Shown here: piece by piece, positions 38,190 to 51,286 of the stretch
Layout: the number at the start of each line of letters is the position of its first letter
How positions within the stretch are numbered: position 1 is the first letter of the stretch
NCBI RefSeq assembly: GCF_036321535.1
Contig: NC_087437.1
Location: 81,284,001-81,348,000 of the forward strand
Source of the DNA: Camelus dromedarius
Lineage: Eukaryota
Length of the DNA: 64,000 bases
Direction of reading: 5' to 3'
Position numbers and translations under genes: made by a program
The notes under the pieces: model-generated
The model's database searches: none
What the model saw: the letters and a program-made list of their open reading frames with translations, nothing else
Told to the model about the DNA's origin: nothing

Positions 38190-38430
38190 GCATCATCTCA
38201 TTTAATCCTCTCCAAAAAACTCAAATCCTTTTATGCCCTTATGAGGCAATAATTACTATAAGTAATAGTCTCCTGACAAATACAATTATTATCCTCATTT
38301 TTATACATGACGAAATTGAGGTTCAGAGAGGTTAAGTAACTTACCTTAAAGTTACACATTAGTACGGCTGTGAACCCAAGTCTTTCTGGCTCCAGAACCC
38401 GGGGCCTTACCCACAGCACCACGCTGCCTG
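38190..38430 (-). mobile_element. MIR SINE
   Basis: atctcatttaatcct...attatcctcattttt...gaaattgaggttcagagaggttaagtaactt...ctggctccaga...cacgctgcct. Confidence 0.75.
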
Positions 38431-39213
38431 ATAGGGCAGCTGGGAAGACTGTTTTTGTTTGCATCCGTACCTGCCCGGGAAGAACCAGGCATGGCTTCTG
38501 CCTGGAGTGGTATTCATTTGGCTTGTCCTCTGCGAGGCCCAAAGCTTGACTGCAGCCGTCACCTGGACTGTACTCCACTTACTCATTTGATGAAGGAGGT
38601 CTTAGAAGCGGCTTTTTTAATTTAATTTTCATTTTGATCAGAAGAACATGTGTATGGTTTTAAGACTCAAATACTACTAAGCAGTTCATTCCTATTCCTA
38701 AATGCTGTTTGCTGGAATCAACTGTTTTCAATAATTTTGCTCTTTTTTTCAGCTTTATTAAGGTATAATTGACAAAATGGTAAGATATTTAAAGTGCACA
38801 ATATGATGATTTGATATACATACATTTTATAAAAGGATTCCTCCTGAATTAATTTAATATCTCCATTACCTCATATTTACTACTTTTTAATTGGTGAAGA
38901 CATTTAAATTCTAATCTCTTGGCAGTTCAGTTATACAATAGTGTTATCAGCTATAGTCACCACGTTGTACTTTAAATCCTCAGACCCGATTAATCTTACA
39001 ACTGAGAGTTTGTACCCTTTTACAATGTTTTTTTTTCCCCTGTGATCACTTTTCTGCCCTCTGTGATGCTATGCAATATTTGTTTTTCTCTGCTTGGCTT
39101 ACTTCACTTATTGTAAAGCCCTTTCCATGTTTCCATGTTATCACAAATGACAGGATTTCCTTAATTTTAAAGGCTGAATAATATTCACGTGTGTATGTCC
39201 ACATACATACATA

Positions 39214-39539
39214 TAGCTGACTCTTGAACAACGTGGTTTTGAACTGAGGGTCCATTTATACGTGGATTTTTTTTCCCAATAAGTATAGTACCAGTATTTT
39301 CATTTTCCAGATCTGTAAATGTGGGGGAAGGTTTGTATTTGATTAGAGATATCAATATGTGAAATCAAAAGAATTGGGGTTTGAGTCCTGATTCTATCCA
39401 AACTGTTTCAGCTTCCTGCCCTTGGATGAGCCATTTCTCAGTTCCCTCATTTTGCAGCAGAGATAGCAGTACTCAGATTTTCGACTGCCCCGGGGGGTGT
39501 TGGCACCTATAACCCCCCTCATTGTTCAAGGGTCAAGTG
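39214..39539 (+). mobile_element. Tigger2-derived (TcMar) non-autonomous DNA transposon, Tigger2a-like
   Basis: TIRs tagctgactcttgaacaac ... ttgttcaagggtcaagtg; TA on the left flank, TG repeat on the right. Confidence 0.85.
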
Positions 39540-39560
39540 TGTGTGTGTGTGTGTGTGTGT
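39538..39560. repeat. (TG)n microsatellite
   Basis: Run of gt units at the Tigger right end. Confidence 0.9.
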
Positions 39561-40900
39561 TTGTTACAATTTCTTTATCCAGTCATCTGCCAATGAACAC
39601 TTAAGTTGTTTCCATACCTTGGTTAGAGTGAATAATGCTGCTATGAACATGGGAGTACAGGTATCTCTTCAAGATAATGATTTCATTTCCTTGGATATAC
39701 ACCCAGAGGCGGGATTACTGGATCACATGGTAATTCTAGTTTTAATTTCTTAAAGAGCCTCTATACTGTTTTCCAGAGTGACTGTACCATTTACATTCCC
39801 ACCAACAGTGCACAAGTGTTCCCTTTAATCCACATCTTCACCAGCATTTGCTGCCTCTTGTCTTTTAGATAACAGATCACCCTAACGGGTGTGAGGTAAT
39901 ATCTCATTGGGGTTTTGATTTGCATCTCTCTGATGATTAGTGACGCTGAGCATTTTTTCATGTGCCTATTGACTATTTGTATGTCTTCTTTGGAAAAAAA
40001 TGTCTTTTCAGGTCCTTTGCCCATTTTTTAATTGGGTCATTTGCTTTTTTGTTATTGAATTTTATGGGTTCCTTATATATCTGGGTTATTAACCACCTAT
40101 CAGATGTATGTTTTGCAAATATTTTCTCCCACTCCATAGGTTGCCTTTGCATTTTATTGATGGTTCCCTTTGCAGGGCAGATTTTTAGTTTGATGTAGTC
40201 CTGCTTGGTTTTTTGTTTTGTTTTGTTTTTGCTTTTGTTGCCTTTGCTTTTGGAGTCAGATTCAAAAATCATTGCTAAGATTGATGTCAAGTTGCTTACC
40301 TCCTGTTTTCTTTGAAGAGTTTTGTGATTTCAAGTTTTATGTTTAGATCTTTAAACCCTTCTAAGTTGACTTTTGTGTGTGGTATAAGATAAGGGTCCAG
40401 TTTCATTCTCTTACATGTGGCTATCCAGTTTTCCAACACTATTTATTCAAGGGACCACTTATTCAGCTCTTAGTTTTGTTGATCTTTTCTTTTGCTTTTC
40501 TGGTCCCTATTTCTTTTACTTCTGCTCTGATCTTTGTTATTTCCTTCCTTCTACTAAGTTTGGGCTTAGTTTGTTCTCTTTTTCAAGTTCCTTGAGGTGT
40601 GAAGTTAGGTTGTATATTTTTTATATCTTTTTTCTTAATGTAAGCACTTATTACTATAAATGTCCCTCTTAGAATTGCTTTTGAGTCAGCCCATAAATTT
40701 TGCTATGTTGTCTTTCCATTTTCCTTTGGCTCAAGATATATTTTGATTACTCTTTTGATTTTTTTCTTTGACTCATTTGTTATTCAATAGTATGAACTTT
40801 CCCATTTCTCCTTGTAATTGATTTCTATTCTCTTATCATACTGCCTAGAAAAGATACTTTATATGATTTCAATTTTCTTAAATTTATTAAGACTTGTTTT

Positions 40901-41011
40901 TTTTTAATTTATTTATTGGTTGGGGGAGGAGGTAATTAGGTTTGTTTGTTTGTTTGTTTATTTATTTATTTAATAGAGGTACTGGGGATTGAACCCAGGA
41001 CCTCACACATG
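40901..41011 (-). mobile_element. 5'-truncated tRNA-derived SINE (Vic-1 type) nested in the L1
   Basis: Tail and B-box half only; perfect TSD aagacttgtttt at 40889-40900 and 41012-41023. Confidence 0.88.
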
Positions 41012-41285
41012 AAGACTTGTTTTATAGCCTAACGTGTGACCTATCCTGAAGAGTGTTCCATGTGCACTTGAGAAAAAAGTGTATTCTGTTGCTTTTGGGT
41101 GGAATGCTCTGTATATGTCCGTTAGGTTCATCTGGCCCAACATGTATGTTAAGTCCAATGTTTCCTTATTAATTTTCTGTGTGGATGATCCACACACTGT
41201 TGAAAGTGTGGTGTCGAAGTCTTCTGCTATTATTATAGTTTAGTGCTATCTGTTCCCCCCACAGATCTGTTAATATTTGCTTTGT

Positions 41286-41490
41286 TTTTTTAATTGATCT
41301 TTGTTTTTTGGGGTTTTTTTTGCCTTTTTTTGGTCCAACTTGGTTTTTTGTTTTGTTTTGTTTGGGGGGGGTAATTAGGTTTATTTATTTATTTGTTTGT
41401 TTATTTATTTTAATGGAGGTACTGGGGATTGAACTCAGGACCTCATGCATGCTAAATACACACTCTACCACTAAGCTATAACTTCCGCCC
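41286..41490 (-). mobile_element. tRNA-Ala-derived SINE (Vic-1 type) nested in the L1
   Basis: Full head and tail; perfect TSD aatatttgctttgt at 41272-41285 and 41491-41504. Confidence 0.92.
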
Positions 41491-44162
41491 AATATTTGCT
41501 TTGTATATTAAGGTCCTTCTATGTTGGATACATAAATATTTGCAAACGTTATATCCTCTTGATGAACTGACTCCTTTATCATTATATAGTGACCTTCTTT
41601 TTCTCTTATTAATCTTTGCCTTAAAGTCTACTTTATCTTATATATAGGTACCCCTGCTGTCTGTTGGTTTCCATTTGCATGGAGTATCTTTTCTATCTTT
41701 TCCCTTTCAGTCTGTGTGTGTCCTTAAAGCTGAAGTGAGTCTCTTGTAGGCAGTATTAGATGGATCTTATTTTTCTATCCATTCAGTCACTGTATGTCTT
41801 TTGATTGGAGAATTTAGTTCCATTTACATTTAAAGTAATTACTGATAGGTATGGACTTACTGTTGCTATTTTGTTCATTATTTTCTGGTGGTTGTAATTC
41901 CTTTGTTACTTTCTTCCTCTCTTGCTCTCTTCCTTTGTGATTTGATGACTTTCTGTAAAGTTATGCTGTGATTCTGTTCTCGTTATTGTGTGTGTATCTA
42001 CTATTGGTTATTACCATGAGGCACACATAAAATGTAACAGTCTATTTTAAGCTGATGACAGCTTAACTTCAAACACATACAAAGGCTCTACTTTTTTATC
42101 TTCGCTCCACATTTTATTTTTGATGTCACAATTTACCTTTTTTATACAGTGTATCCATTAATAAATTATATTATAATATTTTTCTTTTAATTCTTGTATT
42201 AGAGTTATAAGTGATTTACCCACCATGATTTCAACATTAAAGTATTCTGAATGTAACCATATATTTACTTTTGAATTTTATACTTTTGTGTTTTCCTGTT
42301 AGTAATTAGCATCCTTTTGCTTCTGTTTGAGGAACTCTAACAGTTCTTGTAAGACCAGTGTAGTAGTGATGAACTCTTTAGCTCTTGTTTGTCTAGAAAA
42401 CTCTCTCCTTCAATTCTGAAGAGCAACTTTTATGAGTAGTTTGTTTGTTTGTTTTTAATTTCAGCACTTTGAATATATCATGCCACTCCCTTCTGACCTG
42501 AAAGTTTCTGCTGAAAAATTTGCTGATACTGTTCTGTGAGTTCACTTGTACATAACTAGTTGCTTTACCCCTGTTGCTCTTAAGATTCTCTCCTTGTCTT
42601 TAACTTTTGACAATTTTATAATTAATGTGGGTCTCATAATCAGTGTGGGATATAGCTGGGGCGGGGTGCAGGTGAGGAGGGAAGTGTGCTCCTGTATCCA
42701 TTAAAAACTGCTTCTTTCTTTGCTAATCCTGTGGAACTTGTAAATGCAAGCCTCACTGGCTCTCAGAGCCAGGCAATGTGGAGACCTAGCCCCTTGGGCA
42801 GCAACTGCAAAAGCTAAGGTGTCAGTCATTTATACAGACTTCTTCCAGGGAGATACTAGTGACTTGGTTTTACTGTTGGAGTGGGTTGGAGGGAGAGGGC
42901 AGGGAAGGTGTCTGCTAGCTTTCCTGTCTCTGGGGGAGGAGCACAGCCAACCCCTAAATATGCCTGCCGTTAGAGGCTTCACCTTCAGGTATCAGCCCTT
43001 CAAAGTATGCAGGTAAATCCCTTGCAGAGAAAGATGGGAAGATGGGTGTTTTTGCCTGCTTTCTCTGTGCGCAGCCCCGGGGGATAGCTAGTTAAGAACC
43101 GCTTCTTTACTGTGGTGCTCTGGGACTCATGAATTCAAGCCCTGTTGGCTATCAGAGCCAGGTGATCTGGGGACTCATCCCTTCAGACGGAAGCTGTAAA
43201 AACGGGCACAGACATGTTTCCTCTCCACTAAGCCCTGGGGGCATGGCCATGATGGGTGCTCGTGCACTTGGGAAGTACAGCTTCTTTGCTATATCCTTAT
43301 GCGTCGCATAAACACAAGCCCTACTGGCTTTCAGAGCTTGGTGTTTAGGGGACCCATCCCTCAGGTGGGAGTGTTAAAAGTTGGGGTGTTGTGTGTGGGG
43401 TACAGCTGACTGTCCTCAGCTGTACAGTCGATGTGTCTGTGGGAGGAGAGCGCAGGAGGAGATACTGTGTCCCCATCTTAGTCAACCCTCTCTCATTTTC
43501 AATTATCTTAGCTATTTCTTCTGTTAATTAAATCTGTAGTTTTAGACTGACCATATCTCCAAATGGTCAAATTCGCAAGTCGTGTATTTGTTATGTGTAT
43601 TTCTTTGTTTATGGCAACATCTCCTGGAACCCCTCACCATCATTATTTGCCTCTCTCCTGTGTTGAATCCTCTAATTCCTACATCCCATGTCTTCCTTGT
43701 TTATTTACTCCCTTGCTTTCTGGCATTTCTTGAGAAATATATCCTGAGAAAAGGTTATGGAAGAAAATATTTTTGAGTCCTTTTGTGTCTGAAAATATCT
43801 TTCTTTTACTCTGATACTGTTGCTCAGCCACACATATATTTTAGGATAAAATGGAGACTCTTGAAGGCATTGTTCCATTGTTTTCTAACTTCCAAAGCTA
43901 AGATGCCACCTGTCATTCTGACTCTGAATCCTTTGAGTGGGACCTATTGTTTTCTCAGAATATTTTAAAGGTCTTGTCTTTATCGCAGTACTCTGAAATT
44001 TTCCAACTTGTGCTTGTCTTTTTTCTTTTCTCATTTTGCTGTACAAACATTAAGCCTTTTCCTGGAAACCCATCTCTTTCGATTCTGGGAAATTACTTAA
44101 AAACTTTCTAGGATAATGTTCTACCCTCCTTTTCCCCTCCTCTCTCTTCTAGAACCTACTAG

Positions 44163-44301
44163 GGTATTTTTTGGTTTTTTGGTTTTTTTCGGGGAGGGGG
44201 AGGCTGTTATCAGGTTTATTTATTTAATGGAGGTACTGGGGATTGAACCCAGGACCTCGTGCATACTAAGCGCGTGCTCTACCACTGAGCTGCACCCTCC
44301 C
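44163..44301 (-). mobile_element. tRNA-Ala-derived SINE (Vic-1 type)
   Basis: tggaggtactggggattgaacccaggacctcgtgcatactaagcgcgtgctctaccactgagctgcaccctcccc; TSD ctagaacctactag / ctagagcctactag. Confidence 0.92.
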
Positions 44302-46786
44302 CTAGAGCCTACTAGTTAAGTATTGTGTTCCCTGAAATAAGCCGCTAATTTCCTTATTCTTTCTTATTTTTCGTCTCTTTTTGTTGCAGTACTTTTAAAA
44401 TTTCCTTAATTTTTATCTTCCAAACCTTCTATTTAAAGTTTTATTTATTCTGTACTTTTTATTTTTAAATAACTTTCTTGTCCTCTCTGAAATTTTTGCA
44501 TAGCTTGAATCCTTTGCTTATTTCCTATGTGCAATCAGTACTTTCTCTGAGACATTATTACGCTCTTATACCTATAGTGTCACAAACAGTGCGACAAAAT
44601 GTGCTTCTTGGAAAAGATTTTTTCCTTTGAAAATATTTTGTCTAATCAGCCAAAAACATGTGCCTTTTAATTTCCATGCTGTTAATTAAACTTAGTTTAA
44701 AGCGATTTCTTCCAAAACTTGTTAAGTGTCATAAAATGGTGGCCAAAAAAACCCCCAAAACATGAAAAAGTAGTTTATCGACGTTTGTGGCCGTACTACA
44801 AATGAAGCTGAAGTGTAAATAACTGAAATAAAAAAACGTGGAGATAATTTCAGCCATCACACTTGGCCAAAGCACAGGGCTTTTTGGCAGTGGCCTGGAA
44901 TGTGGAATGCACTGCCCACTTGAATCAAAGTCCAGATGCCTGTGATTTCTTTTTTCCATTTTCAGATCACCATCGTGGGGTGATTTTTTTTTTTTCTTTT
45001 TTATAAGGTTATCAGGCTTCTGAGCTAGAACCTACACCTGTGGGAAATATTCTATGCCAAAGTATCCCGTGTATGTGCAGTTTATTTAAATGAGTCACAT
45101 GGGTGGTTTTATACTGACTCTTACTGCAAAGGATAAAGGCAGTTTCTATCAGTTGGTTAGTTTACAACATGCTTTGATGTGCAGTCTCTCACTATAAAAA
45201 CCCTGCACATTTAAATCCCCATATCACAAGGTTTGGAAGTTTGGAAAAGCAAAGACAGTAATAGAATAACTGTTAAGACCCTCATTTTTCTTAACTAAAA
45301 AATAGGACACTCCCTACTCTGGGGGTTTGGTGTGTGCTATTATTGTGTGTCATGTAGCGTCTGATACATAGTAAACACACAGGAAGTAGCTGCCATTGTA
45401 ATGCTGGAATCTGCCTGCCTTAGAGATTCTAGAACTGTCTTTACTACGCTGCTTCAGTATTCAAAACTCTGACTGCTGAGCCCCAGAAAGTTCTCCTGTG
45501 ACTACTCACTTGGTACCCTTTGTACCAAATTGAGAGCTATCACCCTTCCGTTTTTCACTTATTTATATCTTTTGTGTGTTCTGCACTTACTCAGTTACAA
45601 ACTTCTCAAAAAGGGGAGTTATCTCCCAGAAGCCTTTTACAGATTTGAGACTCACAGTATTATCAGCTGACTCAAGTTGGTTTTACATTCGAAATTACTT
45701 CCCTGCTAAGTCTGCTCCTGAAAGGAACTCTCAGTTTCAGGCAAACAGCAAGTAGCTTTACTGTTTGAATTTAAAAGGATTTGCTCTGCTTGCATATTTG
45801 ATGGATGAAATTTGTCAACTGTTGCACAGCAATTTAGCGCATAATTAATTCTTAAGAATAGACTCAAACATCCTTATAACTTCAAGGGATCTGGGCTCAT
45901 TTTGTGTTTTGTTTTTTAACATAAAGGGTTAAGGGCCTGGCCCATATGAATCTCCACATTTTCTGTGTGTATAGAGGGAGAGAAGAGTGTCCTTGTGTCC
46001 AGCTCTTCATGAGGTGGCACTACCATGCCTCTGCTGTGGATATATCGTGGCTTCCTGTGATCCGCAGAAGACTTGAGTTCCAGGAGATGACTGGGAACTC
46101 CTTGTAACAAAATATCCTCATGTGCACCTGCTTCCATAGCTTCGTCTAGTAGTTCTCCAGTGTCATTGGGCACAGGATTCACCTCAGGAATGTGCTATAC
46201 TGACCTGGAACTTGTAAACACTGATCAAAAATTGATTCAGTGGCTAGGATGGAGCAAGAGATCTGTGTTTTAAACAAACTTTCCCCACTGCAACTCTTAT
46301 CTTGTGATCCTGACGTAGGCAGTTCAAACCCCACAACAAGGAACATTGCCTAAGTCTAAGGCTATACCCAGGGTTGGGATAATGAGTAAAAAGGAACTGT
46401 TGCAATTCTTTGCTTCCAGGAAGTAGCTGAGACATTTAAGGAAACTGAGGCTCCTTGTTACTGGTATTGGCCTGGGTCCACCACATACCTCTTTCCTGTG
46501 TGTCCCATTAGCAATCTGCCCAGTTATTTCTACTAATTTGGAGTTTTTAAAAGACAACTATCTTTTTTTTTTTATTAACCTAACCCTTTTCTTCTAGAAA
46601 ACAATTAGAGAAGCTGTTTGGAAAGTAAAATTAAAGAAATTTTTCTTTCCTGAAGCCCCTTCTAGAACATACGTCCATTCACCATCATGATGGTTTCAAG
46701 GTGGAATCAGGAGAAATGTCAGTATGACAAGGACATGCTGTTTCCTACCCCTGAAGACAATGTTACTTTTTTTTCCCCCTAAACAG

Positions 46787-46866
46787 CTACGAATTCCAGG
46801 TGAAACCCAAAAACCCACTTGGTGAAGGCCCCGCCAGCAACACAGTGTCATTCAGTACCGAATCAG
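46787..46866 (+). CDS. ABI3BP: ABI3BP coding exon, 80 nt, phase 2-1, end of FN3 domain
   Basis: ttttccccctaaacag| acceptor, CAG|gtaacc donor; completes LKPDT(S)YEFQVKPKNPLGEGPASNTVSFSTES (FN3 L-x-P-x-T-x-Y motif). Confidence 0.97.
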
Positions 46867-47605
46867 GTAACCACATCAACAGTAATCCCCAGCGAGGACA
46901 TACAGGGCCACACTGGTTTGCACAGCCTGTTTGAAACCCAGCTAAACACTGGGTAAAGTGCTTCTTGAGTTTCAAAAACCATCCATTTGAAAAAGCAAAC
47001 TGATGAAGGTACCTTCAAGGAAACACCACTTATTTTTTTCCTCATTTATCTTGATGTCAGAAAAAAAGGTAGGCATATCAGTTTAAAAGAAAAAATCATG
47101 GAGTCAGTCTATACTCAAAAATCATGAACTCCTCTCTATGCCTAGAATCAAAGCCTCAGACCTGCTGAGCCATAGTATCTAGAAAGGGAATTCATTTGAT
47201 AGTTTTTATGATAAACGGCTATGAAATTTTTTAATTTGGCCTATGCTCCAACTCCTTAGTGAGATACGTCTTTACTCCATCTTGGTGATTTTAGCATCAG
47301 TGGTTTTTGTATGAAACTAAAAGAGGAAGAATTTTAAATGAAAGTAAAATCTAGAACAGCAAGACAGACTCTTAACTACTCAAATCACAGAAAGATACCG
47401 CTGAGTACTTGGCAGAGGAAATTCTCCAATGGAGAACAATTCCCAAAACAAAATACATAATTTTCAAGCTCAGACTTTAGCAAGAGTGTACTATTTTGCA
47501 AGATTTCTTAGCAACTTTAAGCGCCCAGCTCCTTCACTATCCCACTGGAACACGGACCGGCTCACCTAATAACATCTGACTTTTGTGTTTGCTGTTTCTC
47601 CTCAG

Positions 47606-47635
47606 CCGACCCAAGAGTGAGCGAGCCAGTTTCTG
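47606..47635 (+). CDS. ABI3BP: ABI3BP 30-nt coding micro-exon, phase 1-1
   Basis: tttctcctcag| acceptor, CTG|gtaagt donor; encodes (A)DPRVSEPVS. Confidence 0.93.
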
Positions 47636-48206
47636 GTAAGTACCTGTCTCAATGAGAACACAACTACATGCTTGACTGCAATGAGTCAACTAAACAGGCA
47701 TGGCAGAATTTTAGTCATGATGTTTTAGTCCACTTAGTCTTCTTAGAATATCAATCAGGTGTGAACGTTTACCTAAAACACTCAGTAACACTGAGAGCCT
47801 ATGTTGTTTCAGGAACAAGCTGAATATTTTGAAACCTGCTTTTCATTTATGTAACAGATCAGCTTAAAATTCTGTTTAATAAGTCAAGATACAGCACCAC
47901 CATTTCCACTTTTAGTAGGTCACATTAAGGCAACTGCTTAAATTGTATAATATGCTACAAAAAAGAAACCTACATTTGCTCCTAAAAGGATGCTGTCTAC
48001 ATTTAGCAAGTCAGAGGCTATTTAACATTGACATGTGCTGCTCCAATATTTACCTCACTACTGACAGAAACTTAATGGAGGGGTTACGTGTTGATCACAT
48101 GTTAAAATTCCTAAATCTTTGGCCCCGATATTTAGCTTTAGAGAGAATCAGGTATGGGCAAGCTGACAATGAACTTTGCAAACTGCTTTTTTTTAAAAGC
48201 TTTTAA

Positions 48207-48527
<321 letters not shown>

Positions 48528-48929
48528 TGATGTAAACACAGATTTTCTTTTTCAGCAAGATGTTATTGGAATCTTAGGATTTGAGACATGCTATTAGCAG
48601 GAAAATAATGAAAACACAATTGAAACAGTGCCGTCACGGCAAACTTGAATGTAGAGAAACTAGCCACACTTGAGCTCAGTTTTGTTACAGCCAACCAAGG
48701 ATAAAAAGCTTACTGCTAATGCCTGTATCTAACAATGATCATGGAAGGAATAGGACGTATTTAAGATTCTAATCCTGCCAGAGACAAGAGCAAGATTAAA
48801 ACACTGGGCCAGAAGGGCTATCCGCCCTTGCTCCAGACTCAGTGGGTTAATATTTTCTCTTCTATAGTCATTCAGTAAAAATTTAAAAGAAATAAGACTG
48901 GCCCCAACGTAGGAAGGTAGGCATTTGTT

Positions 48930-49590
48930 CAGTCATTCAACAAATTCATCTGCTTTGTTCAGACATTGCTTTAGGTGCTGGGGACAAAGCAAGAAACAAG
49001 ACACATTCCTGCTCTTTGTAGCTTAGTCTAGTGGGGAGAGACTGGCAGCAAATGTGTAAATTAGAATTTCATCTACTGCTTTGAAGGCAAAAAGGGTGAG
49101 AGAAAATGGCTGAATGAAAGCTCCTCTAGTCAGAATGGTTAGGAAAAGCCTCCCTAAAAAGGTAACACTTGCGCTGGGAAGAAAACTGCGAGAAGGAACC
49201 AAGCAAAGGCTGAGGGATAAAGAGCAGAGTCAGCAGGAGGAGAAAGGCCAAGGCCTTCGGCAGAGGGTGCCCAGGTGGTCCCGCCAGTGTGGCCGAGGCT
49301 TGGGCAGGGGACGCTCAGGCAGGCGCGAAATCACATGGAGCTTTGAAACCAGGTCAGGACTCTGGGTTTTGTTCTGAGTACAACAGAAGACTGCTGGAGA
49401 GGTGATGGAGGGGGAGTAACATGACCTGAGTTGCATTTTTAAAAGATGACTAATCTCTGGGAGGAAAAGGGGAGGAAGGATAGGGAAAGGCAATAGTAAA
49501 AGCAAGGATGCCAGCTGGGAGGTGATTATGGAGATGATTCTAAGGTTCAGTCAAGGGACACTGGTGGCTTGAACTAGAATGAAAGGGAGG
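48930..49590 (-). mobile_element. L2 LINE fragment
   Basis: tcattcaacaaatt...taggtgctggggacaaagcaagaaacaagaca...ttgcatttttaaaagatgactaatctc, an L2 3' region in reverse. Confidence 0.7.
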
Positions 49591-49635
49591 AAAAAGCACA
49601 AGAACAGGGAAGGTGGATTATTTGAAAGAATTTGA

Positions 49636-49890
<255 letters not shown>

Positions 49891-51154
49891 TGAGGAGAGC
49901 TATCACTTTAAAAACAATTCTGTAGTACTACTGCTCTAATGATCTGCCTAGGAAAGACCTTCCATGTAAGACCTTAAAATGAAGACTTTAGTAGAAGTTT
50001 CTCAACCTTCCTCCCATTCCTTAACTCTATTCCTTAGAGCCTTTCGGGAAATTACACTCAGCCATATATAAATGCATCCTACCTTAGGAAAACCTGAATT
50101 TGCAAGAACAGCTATAAAAGAGCAGCATTTCCCAAACTTTAATCACTCGTGTATTGTTACCTTTATGGTTTTTGTCATACAGAGCACACAGGCAGGTTCT
50201 TTTTTAATTCCTTTAAAAACTTTTAAAGATGACTTTATTACTACCATAGATGGGAAAAGGTATTATTTGCCTTATTAATAATTATGTAAGTATAATTAAT
50301 AGAACAATTCTGCTGAGAAATGACTACTTTAACTTGCTAAAGACACATTAGCCCCAAGCTGCTTAATGAGGATTGAAAAGACTGAAAATTAATTTAATCC
50401 TTGTCCAGGCAGGGTAGGAGAAGGTAAATTAAATATGCCATATTACTCAGGAACTGCCAAGAGGGGTTTGTTAAATACTTAGTATTATCTGACTAGTCTT
50501 TTCAGCAATGCATTTTGTGCACTGGCACATAGTAAAAGATGACTTGGTGAGATCTGTGACCTCATTAACGAAAGGTCAGACTGCTGCAGCCTCCCAGGAA
50601 CTGGATGTTCTGGAGCCACTATACTGTCATTGTCTCTATTTCTGTAACATTTTACATTCACAGCTAAATTTTTAATCGTTCAGTGTAGGGTCCTTGAAGG
50701 AAGCTTTCCCCAAAGTTGAATTCTTAGAAATTCAGCAATCTGAGAACTACCCTTCTTTTGTTTCCTAACACTTTAGAACACACTTTCACCCAGATGACTT
50801 CACAGACCATCACTGTGCAGGAACATGCAGAAAGTACACTTTCACATAAGGCGGCGTGTACTGAACCTCGTCTGTGACACGCAAACAAAACACGAAACCC
50901 TTCCAACTCCTGCCCCTTCTCAGCTTCGGCTCTCCAATCCTACCCTAACCATCCTACCCTAACTTACTAAGGCAGGTGTCACGGAGTTCCACGCGCCCCT
51001 GATGTTTAGCCAGCCGATACTATCTCAAGAAAGACACCAGGCCTTGGTTGTTAGCCATTTTCCAAAATACCCCGCTTCACCTAGAGTAACCTTCAGGCAC
51101 CCTTCAATCTGTGAGCAGTGAGGACAAAAACAACATAGCAGCTATTAAAATTAA

Positions 51155-51286
<132 letters not shown>

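Larger units (their letters stand above)
38745..43400 (-). mobile_element. LINE-1 (L1MA-type), about 4.6 kb, internally deleted, with nested Tigger and two SINEs
   Basis: 3' end cagctttattaaggtataattgac; ORF2 C-terminus [29 protein letters not shown] (39791-40024); endonuclease DIYRAFHPKATEYTFFSSAHGT (41003-41197); subrepeated 5'-UTR-like region 42700-43400. Confidence 0.92.

Noticed and set aside
44227..44301. tRNA-Ala(AGC)-like sequences (this and the other SINE heads)
   Set aside because: They carry SINE tails, A/T-rich ends, flanking TSDs in most copies and stem mismatches; they are retroposed SINEs, not tRNA genes.
50938..50965. CCCTAA telomere-like units
   Set aside because: Only two non-adjacent units within a short local duplication; too few for an interstitial telomeric repeat.
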